DNA from: Lama guanicoe
Taxonomy: Eukaryota
Reading direction: 5' to 3'
Assembly: GCA_013239625.1 (NCBI GenBank)
Contig: MU053216.1
Span: 560,001 to 624,000 of the forward strand
Length of the DNA: 64,000 nt
The notes under the pieces were generated by a model. The model saw only the letters and a list, made by a program, of their open reading frames with translations. It ran no database searches and was not told where the DNA came from. Below, piece by piece: positions 24,601 through 35,171 of the stretch. Within the stretch, counting starts at the first letter, position 1, and every line of letters starts with the position of its first letter. The position numbers and the translations under genes are program-made.

Positions 24601-27529
24601 GGCCAGGGAACATCGATAGTCGGCATCCGGGGTCTGGGTTTCTGGAGCCAGTCCTCCTGGGTTTGGAGCCTGGTCCTGCCACCTCCTTGGCTCTGTGAGG
24701 CCTCTCCAGACTGTGACTCTCCCTTGCAAGATGTGGGGGATGGTCGTTCTGCCCCCGCGGCTGTTGTCAGCTTCCCCGTCAGCAGAGTGCCTAGACTTAG
24801 GCGGAGCAGCTTTTCCCATTGCCAGCGTTTCCTCGGGAGGGTGATGGTCCTGGCCTTTGTGCCCTCACCCCCCTTCTCCTGGCAGGATGGACGGGCCGGG
24901 GAGCAGGAGCTGGGTCCATGAGCCCAGACCCTTCCTCACGCCTTTGCCCTGGAGTGAGGGGCTGCGGGTTCCGCCGCTCTCCGAATGTCTGGTCCTGCAG
25001 GGTCGGTCCGCGCACGGCTGGGGTTTGCAGGAGGGCCTGTCCAGTGCCCCTGCAGCTGGATGGGCGACTGCGTGGTGAGCCAGTGTCTCTGCCCGCAGAC
25101 GAAACCCGCGTTCTCCGACGTCCGATTTGTCAGGGACACACGTGCTCTTCTGTTCTTTCGTCTACCTTACTCTTCTGCAAGATGTGAATTTTCTTCCTCC
25201 AAATTCGTGTGGGAAATGGTTCTCCTGGAAGACGCCCAGCAAAGCCTGGTTGAGCACATAGCCCTGCCATCAGTTCCTCAAGGGGTTTCCTTCTGACCCA
25301 CAATCACCCCGCCTGCCCAACGAAGCCCCGCTCCCCCTGTTCCCCGTCCACGAGCACTTTCCTGATGAGCCGTTATCTCAGCTTCCCTCACATTCCAAGC
25401 GTCCACTCCCTGGTCCCTGGGGCCGCCGGCCGTCTCTCCTGGTCTCGCTGCCCCCCCAGCCCCGCCCATGGAGTTCCCCCCTCTGTTTCCTGCATGTTTT
25501 CTCTGAGCGGCTCCCCGCCCTTAGCTCTGACCAGCATGCACACGCTTGATACCCTAAGACCCGAGTCTTTGGCCCAAATCTCCCTCCTGAATACCCCAAG
25601 CCCCTTGAATCTAACAAGGCGAGCAGTCAGAACCTCCGCGGCGTGCTGGCCCTGCCCTACGTCTCGTCACGCAGTGTCCTGCGGGGGGGACTCCCGTGGC
25701 TCTCCTGGCCTGAGCCCACTGGTCACTCTCTGCCCGGCCCTCCTCCCTCTTGCGGGAACTGGCACTGCTCTCTGGTCGGCGGCCTTGTTTCCAGTTTCAC
25801 CCCATCTCCCTCTACTCTGCCACCAGAGGGATGTTTCCAAAGAGCGATTAGGACCCTGTCACCCTGCTACCAACAGCTTAACCCCTTCAGGGCCACCGTT
25901 GCCCTCAGGGTCTAACAGTGTTTTTTCGTGACCTACAAACCTCGAAGCCCTTTTTCTTGCCCCTACCCCACCTGGAGTGCTGCGCTCCCATCCGCCCCAT
26001 CTCCTGCCATTCTTTGCATAAACGGGACTGTTTCACGCCCTTTACCTGTGCACACAGTGTCCTGTCTACCTGGACGGCCCCCATCTCGGTGCCCTGGCGA
26101 GCTCCCATGCATCTTCCCCAGACCCCCGCACCTGGATCAGACGCGGTGCTCTGCTCTGAGGTTTCAGGCACCTTGTGAGCACGTCCACCACCCAGCGTCC
26201 CAGCGTAGGGTAAACAGCTGTGCACTCCTGCGACCTCATGAGGGGACAGTCCTCGTCCTGGCCTTCTTTTGATCATCGATACCTGGCACCTAGAGTCCTC
26301 AATGAATCACCAGTTTTAGTAGAGGCGTAGTGTTCTGGATTACAAACAGATGAGTCACGCTGGTTCACCTGCCCCAAATGTTAGTTGTGTTGTTTGGTTC
26401 ACTTTTTGGGAAGTGCTAGTGTTTATTTTTTAAAGTGGAGAAGACATTTGTCTTCTTTTTTATTTTAAGAACAAAAGAAAATTCAGGCAATACAGAACGG
26501 CGAAAAAACAAATGTAGAACTCATGCACAACCCACCCCCCAGAGACGGCCTCTGTCACCAAGCTGATGAGGGCCTTTCCAGACGGTTCTGTGTGCACCTG
26601 CACCTGCAGGTATCTCTGCATTTTAAAACCAAAACTGAGACAAACCGCACGTGCTGTTTTACAAGCAGCTTGACCGTCTTGCGTGAACATTCCGCGTCAC
26701 GACGCACTCTTCTATCGTTTTTAATGGCTGCATGGTGTTTCATTCTGCACACGTGACAGCTTAGCAAACCCCCTCTCTGGGCATTTTGCTTCTTATCCAG
26801 ATGCCGTGAGTCTCCTTGTAGGTATATTTTTGAACTCTTATCCGATGATTTGCTTAAAACACAGTCCTGGAGCTGAGCTGTCGGCTTGGAGGCCTGCTGG
26901 TGTCTAGCACTGCAGCCCAGTCGTCCTCCAGGAGGACTGTGCAGCCTCCTGCTCGTGTCAGCAGCTCTTCCCTGTAAGACAGTGACAGTGCCCCCCGCAG
27001 TACCCGTGCTGGGGATTACCACATGTTTCCTCTTTGCCCACCGGGTGGGGGAAATGTTTCTGTTTCTCTTTGAGAGATTGTCAAGCAGCTCTGAGGCCAG
27101 CAGCTCTCAGGCAATCGCATGGCAGATGCTTGATGCGTGCCTCATGATGACGGATGGGTGAGTGAAGACAGGCTCACGGAGGCAGCAGTGGCTGGGATGC
27201 ACTCTGGACTTGTGTCAGACGTTGCTGCGTTCAAATCCTGGTCCTGTTACCTAAGATTTGTTCAGTCACTGATAAGTCACTTAACTTCTGTCGAACCTCA
27301 GTTCACTCAGTTGTGAATTGGAGATCAAACTCCTACTTCGTCTGATTATTGTGAAGTGAATACGATGCTGTGCTTCTAACAACGCTAAAGCTGTTCAAAA
27401 TGAACACTTATAATACGGTAAAATGTTCAAGTCATACAGCAGGTTGCTATAAAAAGTTTCCTCGCCCATGCTGACTCCCCCCCACACTCCAGATGGAACT
27501 CAGGTTACCTTCATCCCTCACACCCTCCC

Positions 27530-27630
27530 TCACACGCACACACACACATGCAAACACATGTGGACACACACATATGCACACACGCGCACATGCACGCATG
27601 CACACATGCACATCACAACAAGTCATACAT
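27530..27630. repeat. Degenerate (CA)n/(CATG) low-complexity repeat
   Basis: cacacgcacacacacacatgcaaacacatg... Confidence 0.8.
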
Positions 27631-27754
27631 GTGGCTCTGCCGCTCCTTCCCTGCCCAGCCTGCTTTGCAGATCGCTCCACATGAGTTTGCCCACAGCCAC
27701 CTCATCCTTTTCAGCTCACTGTAACCTCTATCAGTGGATGTCTAGGCATCAGGC

Positions 27755-27965
27755 TTAAGAGCGTAAATTCTGGAATCAAACCACTCAGGTTTGAGTGCAA
27801 GTTTCAAACCTACCAGCCATGTGACTGGCCTGACTTCCCTGCACCTTGGTTTTCTCATCAATAAAAGGGTGCTATTGTGGACCGCCTCGAAAGGGGGTTG
27901 TGAGACTGAGAGTTTGCACGTGTTAAATGCTACCATCTGACACGTAGTAACCCCTCAATAAAGTG
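27755..27965 (+). mobile_element. MIR SINE relic
   Basis: ctggaatcaaac...tgtgactggcc...ttccctgcaccttggttttctcatcaataaaaggg...cacgtagtaacccctcaataaa. Confidence 0.65.
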
Positions 27966-28769
27966 ACATTCTTTTGTTCCCAGTATTCTATTGTTTTCCC
28001 GCAACAATCTACAATGATTACCCTTGAACCAGTGTGAAGGCACTTCTGGATAAGTCACAGGAAATGGAATGAAACATTGAGAGAAGGTGGCTCTGGGCAC
28101 CTGAGGGGGGTCGTGGACGCCAGTTGTGTGTGTGTGTGCAATCTGGGTGAGGATGGAAAAGGCTTCCTTTTAAGATTATCACAGAGATCTAGAACCTCCC
28201 CACCAAAAGAAGCACCGTGCACAGAACGCGAGGGGTGGCGACTCGACGTGGACACCGAGAGAGCGGGCAGAGAAAGCTGGAAGGGCACCGCTCCCGCCCT
28301 AGCATCACAAGAACGCCAGACTAATGACACAGAGGGCTGGGGTCACAGGGCACCTGGGGAACCTAGAGCCCAAGGAGAGGCAGGCCCCCCCCAAGGACTC
28401 ACCTGATGCAGAGCAAGGGGAGGGGGAAGATCTGCTAATAAATTTAAGGACTTACTGAAGGCAGAGCGAGGGCCAGTGTGACAGAACAGAGTGCCCGGTG
28501 TCACTCACACACCGGGCTCTCCTTCACAGACCTCCACGGGGATCAGGAGACGGAGGGGCCTGTGGGAGACTGGGGGAGCCCCCCTCAGTGGGGGATGGCA
28601 GAAGCCCCACCCAGACCCTCCCCCAGAAGAAGCAGGAAGGAGGGGGAGAGGAGATGGGTGAGCTCAGGGCTGGGGACGGAAGGACTTCCAGGTGCGGGTG
28701 GTCGGCTTGGGGGGGCAAGACACAGTCGTGACCCTGGGTCCTACTAGAGTGCCAGGTCTGGGCGGGGAT

Positions 28770-28940
28770 CTTGGTCCCCAGGGACATTTTGGCAATGTCT
28801 AGAGACACTTTCGGTTGTCACAGCTGGGAAGAGGGAGTGAGCTGTGGGCATTTGGTGGCTGGAGGCCAGAGATGCTGCTGGGCTTCTGCGAAGCGCAGCA
28901 CAGTCGTCCAGCCCCCGATGCCCCGTGTCAGGTGAGGGCC
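28770..28940 (+). mobile_element. MER20-like fragment
   Basis: ccccagggacattttggcaatgtctagagacactttcggttgtcacagctggg...ggaggccagagatgctgct. Confidence 0.75.
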
Positions 28941-31900
28941 CTCAGCACAGGCCCCGGGGACTGGGGGAGAGGCTGAAACTCCTCCCCACTCAAGACCTGC
29001 CCCAGACACAGGCCGGTGTGGCTGCCACGGGCCGCAGATGTGCAGCGTTTAACAAAAAATGACAAGACACACAAAAATCAAAGGGAGAAAAATCTTGCTG
29101 TCAAGAAACAAAGTTACCAACAGAACCAGAGTCACGAATGACTCAGATGTTAAAAGTTCTAGTGGCAAAAGTGAACGGCACACAGGAGCAGACTTGGAAT
29201 TTCAGCAGAGAGAGGAAAACCATGGAAGTGAGGGAGGGGTGCCAGAAGTGACGAGGACCTGAGCTGAGGACGGCCGCGCGGGAAGAAGCACCACGGGGGC
29301 GGGGAGAGGAGTGGAGGGACGCTGGGGCCGGCTGCGAGCCTCTGGGTGGAGCCTTCGCCTCTCAGAGCCAAAGGCTTCTCACCAAACTGAAAGACACGGT
29401 TCTTGCCGCTGAGTGACTGACAGGAGGAAACACTCTGCAGTCAACAGGCATAAATAACAGCCCCTGGAAATTTTTCTAACCCTTTGATACTTACAGACTT
29501 TATTTTCAAATAGGAAATAGTTCGGTTCTTTTGTAATAATATATACACAATCTAAGTCTTTTCAGAAAATAGTTCTTTTCCATGAAGCCACCCGGAGAGA
29601 ACCACGAACACGTCACAGAAGTGCATCGCTCTACACACAGTAAAGGCAGGCCCACCTTCTCCCACCTAACAGTGCCTCACAGACCGCCGCGCAGGACAGC
29701 AGACGGGGCTGCCCAGCGCCGCGGAGCAGCCGCCTCGGACCTGAGCAAGTACCTCTAGCGGGGTGGGTTCCGTCAGCCCCTTTGGGTGACTCTTAGGTCG
29801 ATCCATTTGCCTGCAATTACAACACGGCCACAGTGAGGGTCCTGGTACGTGTGTCTTTGGGCACCTGCCCAGCTGATTTCTTTGGAAATGTTCTCAGACG
29901 TGAAATTGCCATGTCAGAGGTATGCGTGCTTTCACGGCTCCTAAACTGTTGGTCAGAAAGGGCGTCCTAGTTCACACCTGGACCAGCGTTTGTGGCAGGT
30001 TTGAGTTTCCTCGCATCCTCGCCGGCCTGACATTGGGTGGCGGGGGTGGGGGGGAGGTCTTTTTACTCCCTGCCGGTTTGCTGTACAAGAGGCAGCGTCT
30101 CTCCAGTCTTGAGCTTCTGGACTTTCAGAGGAAGAGGGTGCAGGCTTCTGCCCCCGCCGACACCTGCCCCCTGCACCTTTCCAGACAGGAGGACTCTGAG
30201 TCCCAGCGGGCCCTGCAGTCACACGGGGGAGGGGAGGGGCCCTGCAATCACGCGGGGGAGGGGAGGTGCACCAAGGGATGCTGGGACTTTCCCTCACGGT
30301 GCATCCTAGGTCAGTGAGGTTGGCAGGTATGGAGGTGGGCAGGTGAGGCTGAGTCATGAGGGACACTGGGTGTGGCTTCCTGGATCGGCTCCAGAGTTGA
30401 CACAAGGTTCCAGTAACGGGTGGCTGAGCTGGGCTAACTGCTGCTGGTGCTGCCCCAGCCCAGCCCTGCACGTAGCAGGAGGAGGAGGCGGGAGGCGGAG
30501 GGGAGGTGAAGAAGGAGGGAGGGGAGGGAAGGAAGAGAAGGGGAGGGGAGCACAGGAGGGGATGACGAGGCTACACTCCCCTGCGATGCTAGCCCTGGGA
30601 GGGTCTCAGAAACTGGAAACCACTGTCCATCCTCCCACAGGATCACTGGGAAGTTCCCTGAAGGGTGGCTCTGGTGGATGTGCCCACCAGGCACTCCTCA
30701 AACTGCACACCTGAGGGTGGAGTTTCAGGCGCTTGGGGAGCAGGAGGACTGTGGACTGTGGTGCTCGGGGCGTCTCGAGCAGTCAGCTGTGGGGTCAAGG
30801 CAAGAGGGCCAGGGTTCTAGTCTGGGTCTTCTGCACTTATGGCTCTGATACTTGGGGTGACTCCTGCCCCTCTTCAGCCTCGATTTCCTCGGCTGTGAGA
30901 TGAGGGGTCCACCGGCCTCCCAGGCCTACTGGGAGGTTTGTGCAGGTTGAGGTCTTTGGGATTTCTCAGGCCTGACCATCCCAGGGCAGCTTCTTCCCTT
31001 CTGGGTCCCCTGCACCCAGCCTGGGGCTGGGACACAGCAGACACTCGGGGATGATGGGTGAGGCAAGGATGTTAAGCACCAGCCTGACACACTGTCCAGC
31101 ACCTGCAGGTGCTTCTTAGGGGTCAGGTCCTGCCCCGCACGCTGTGTTGCTTTGGGCAAGGTGCCTTCCTCCTCTGAGTCTCCGTCTCCCCGGCTGTAAG
31201 AGGGGGCTGGCCCACCCAGACCCAGGGCCCTGTTTTAGGACACTGGTAGATGGCGATGGTGCAGGGTTGGACCTGGGGCCTGGCTCTTCCTGGAGAGGTG
31301 GGCGGAGGGAGGAGGTGGGGGAAGGGCTGTCGCACAGATGGAGCCCCCCGCAGGGGACAGGGCGAGGCCAGGACAAGGCTGTCGGGCAGGGTCACTCCGA
31401 GGGCACTCTGGGTAAGCAGCCGTGCCCGTCCCAAGGTCACGCCCGTGTTCCAGTGTGCATGGCTGCCCTTGAGTTGTGCACCAGCTGGGCTAACAGTGGT
31501 CCTGAGGTGAGAAAATCTGATGCTTCCTAGTAAGTATGGGGGCCCTGGTCCCCATCCCAGGCATTCAGAGCGGAGGCAGCTGGCTGGGTTTCCACACCCA
31601 GGGGTGACCCCCCCGTCACCTGTTCACTGACTGACAGCCTCAGCGCGCCATCCGTCTGCAGGTGGAGGGGTGCAGAGCGGGCTCTCAGTCTGGGAGCAGG
31701 GGTGGGGCGGGCGTGGGTGTTTCCGACTGGGATGGGAAGCTGCCTCGGAGCCACAGTGTGATTGTCAGGATGGTGAACTTGGGGCCCCGTTCCTGTACAC
31801 TCTGGTCCAGCAGGAGAGCAGACTCAGTACAGCCAGACCTGCTTTTTACGAGAAGTCACCAATCTAAGTTGTGTTGTGAAAATTCTTCTGATTTTAAAAA

Positions 31901-32293
31901 AGTTGACGGCGTATTGGATGGATACATCCCTCCAACTGATGCGGTGGCCCTGTGTCAGGATGCATCGTGGGAGGCTCAGGGCAGCCCTAGAGGGCTGGGG
32001 GCACAGACGCAGCTGAGATGCCCCCGGGGACCCTCAGGGCCCGTGCTGGAAGGGCCAACCTCGGGTCCACGCTCTGCTCCGCTGTTGCCCCTAGGAGTCG
32101 TCAACGATTGTTACAAGGGGCCGAGTTTTCATCTTGTTCTGGATCTACCTGGCGGGGAGGCCTGAGCCCACCTGGCAGGGAGAAGGGAGGGCTTCAGTGG
32201 GGGCGAGAGACCAGCAGGCAATGAAGGGGCCGAGGGGGCTGGGGGGTTAATCCACAGCAGGGTCCGTCGAGGCCGTGGGTGTGCCTGTGACCT

Positions 32294-32372
32294 GTGTGTG
32301 TGTGGTGTGTGTGTGTGCAGTGGCGTGGCTGTGTGAGGCTGGGATCTGTGTGTGTGTGTGTGTGTGATGTGC
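32294..32372. repeat. Interrupted (TG)n microsatellite
   Basis: Several tg runs. Confidence 0.8.
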
Positions 32373-34442
32373 GTGCATGGGGGAGGTGCCGGCCGGCAGG
32401 GAGAGGCAGGGAGGGACACAGCAGCCCCACAAACACTTGCCCAGCGCTGTCTCTGCGGCGGGAGGGCGGGCGGGCGCCATGCGAGGCCCTGCGATGAGGC
32501 CCCAGGCAAGAGGGAGTGGGCGTGGGTGGGCACTGGGAATAGAAGGTGGAGAGGCCAGCGCTCTCTCCCACTGCTCCAGGGCAGGCAGAGCGAGGGGGAG
32601 GAGGTGGGGGGAGCTGAGGGGGAGACCCCCGCAGGCACACCTGGAGGGGCTCCCGCACCTGCCCAGGAGCACACCCCACGGGGCAGATAAGAGGTAAGCA
32701 GTCCAGGGCAGGACGGAACAGCTGCCACGCCCAGAGACTCACAGCCACGAGGGAGGAGGTGGCGGTTGGGGAGGAGGGAGGCGGCCAGGTCTGCTGGGCT
32801 CTGCTGGGTCCACGGGGGAGGGGAGGAGGCCCTGTGTGGGGAAGCAGAGCCCTCTGGAGGGAGTGGGGGCCCCTCCCTAGGGCCACCCAGCCCCCAGCAG
32901 GCTCCCATCCTGAGGCAGGAGGCCAGGGTTCTGGTCCCCTGTCACCCACCGCTGACCTTGGACCAGCCACTAGCCTCAACAGGGACAGGAGGACACTCCG
33001 TCCCCTTGAAGGGCTGTGGTGCGGATCCAGTGAGATGACAGGATGAGGAAAGCCCCTCGTAACTGAAAATGGCAGGACAAAGGGCAGGCGCAGCTGCCTC
33101 CCAGCCCCGCAGCCCAGCCCCCTCCCCGCAGCAGACCCTCGGAGGGGCGGGTAGCATCTTCCCTCAGGGCCTTTCTCTCTGCTGGAGGCGCAGGAGCCGG
33201 AGGTGGGGGGCCTGGTCCTGGGGGCTCCTGCTCACTCTCCTCTAAGGGACTCAGGCAACAAGGGGGCCTCTCTTTGGGGTGTCAGGATCCCCAGACAACT
33301 GGGTGGAGAGGTGAGCAGGGCCCCGCACCCAGCGATCTTCAAGAAATGAGGTGATTTCTGGGCTGGGATCCCCAGCTGATCAGTGCCCCCCAACCCTGAG
33401 GACTGACACGCCCAGGCTTCAGAAAGGAATCTGCTTTCCACACGCTCCAGAAGATTCTAGCTTCTTTCATGACTCTGCTCTGACCACCAGAACTCTTCCG
33501 TCCAGAGTGAGTCCCACGTGCACATGCATACACGCTCCAGTTTGTCTCAGCTTTCCCCTCCCCCGTCCCCGTGGTGAACAATCTGGTATCTCTAAGACAA
33601 CTAGACAGCATTTCAAACGTACAGAATGGCCTTGGAAAGTGCGCCGTGGAATCCGGGCCTTGGCGGGGAGACATTCTTCTCCAGGGTCTTCGCCTACAGC
33701 TCCCGTCAATGCCCCATCTTCTCTGAGCCCTGGAGCACCGTCCTGTGGAGGCGGCGACAGAGTCCCAGAAGTTCTGGAATTTGTGAGGATGTCTTGAGAA
33801 GAGCCTGAGCCCTGGAGAAGCCGCCAGGGAGACATGCAGCTCGGCACGGGGCCGCCGCGCCTCCTTCCGTGTGTGAACGGGGTGCAAGTCTCCTCTCCCG
33901 GGCGGATCGCGTGGGCGCGGCGTGTCCGGAGCAGTGCCCGCGTGGCCGGAGCTGTCCACACCTCTTCCTCCTCGTCCCTCCTCCAGTCCTCTCTCGTTTT
34001 GTCTGTTTTCCCTCCACAAGATCGTATCTCCCGTTTCATGTCCGACAGTGAAGCTGGGGTTTATCCTGCAGCTGACCTGGCTGGAATGCACAGGCGTCCA
34101 CTCCACAAGGCCGGACATGCAGCTCCAGACTTCTTAGAGCACACAGGTCCACACCCAGCCTCGCGGAGGAGGCAGGCCCGGGGAGGCCAGCAGGTGCCTC
34201 AAGTCAGCAGGACGGGTCCCGAGCAGACTCACCTGTCCCCTGCTCCCCCCGCAGCCCCCACCAGCCAGTCTGTGCCCCTGGCCCTCAGTTTTGGGGCATG
34301 CACACCCACCTCTGCCCTCACCTCTGGACAGCAGACCCTGCCCTGGTCCCCCCTCTTAACCCCAGGCCCACATCCTATCCAGAGGTCCAGGCTTGTGTAC
34401 ACAGGTAGCTAAGGCAAAGGTTAGAAAAAGTCCCGAAGGCAC

Positions 34443-34448
34443 TTTATT
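34443..34448 (-). terminator. ELF3: ELF3 polyadenylation signal AATAAA
   Basis: tttatt on the + strand, ~610 nt downstream of the ELF3 stop codon. Confidence 0.75.
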
Positions 34449-35056
34449 GGAGGTCTCTGCCCCCATTCACAGGAGGAAGGAGCCAGGACTCCGTCTGGAG
34501 GGTCCTGGCGTCGCCCCGCCCCTCACTGGCCCAGCTGGGGGTCTAGAACAGTCAGTGTGACCATGGCGCTGGGTGGGGGAGGGGCGGGGAGGGGAACGTC
34601 TTAGAAAAAATAGACCTCTGTGTACATCTGCCGTATTTACAGCACATAAATTAGGGAGTGCTCTGACCCCTGCCTGCGGAGTCCGAGCACTGAGCAGGGA
34701 GGAGAAAGCCAGTCCAGAGAGAGGGGCCCCTCCCAGAGCCCCCAGGGCCCCGGCCTCCTCGGCTGGGTGCAGCCCTGCAGGAGGGACGGTCCTCCGCCGG
34801 CGCGGCGTCCGGAGGGGCCTGCCAAGCCCGGACAGCAGGAGCCGCAGGCGCAGCTTCAGTCGGTGCTCGCTCAGCGCACTTCACACCCCAGGCTTGTGAT
34901 TCCAAGAGGAGGACAGGGGCGAGGCCGCCAGCCCGGAGGCCAGGACCTCCACGTCTCTCCTCAGCGCAAGGCACGCGCCCAAATGGCGGCCTGGCAGCCT
35001 CCCCGGAGGAGCTGCAGCCTCAAGTCTGAGCCTTTGGTCCAGGGCTGGTCTGAGCC

Positions 35057-35171
35057 TCAGTTCCGACGCCCGGCCACCTCCCCCTCCTTCCAGCCGCTGG
35101 AGTTCTTGCCAAACTTGTAGACGAGCCGCCGGCCATCCACCCGCTCCAGGATCTCCCGTTTGTAGTAGTAC
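35057..35171 (-). CDS. ELF3: ELF3 last coding exon (ETS domain C-terminal part, TGA stop at 35057-35059)
   Basis: ccctcag|[48 protein letters not shown]. Confidence 0.98.

Noticed and set aside
1..34000. GPR37L1 or other expected syntenic neighbours, and TIMM17A at the right end
   Set aside because: I saw no GPCR-like or TIM17-like coding sequence. These genes presumably lie outside the window.
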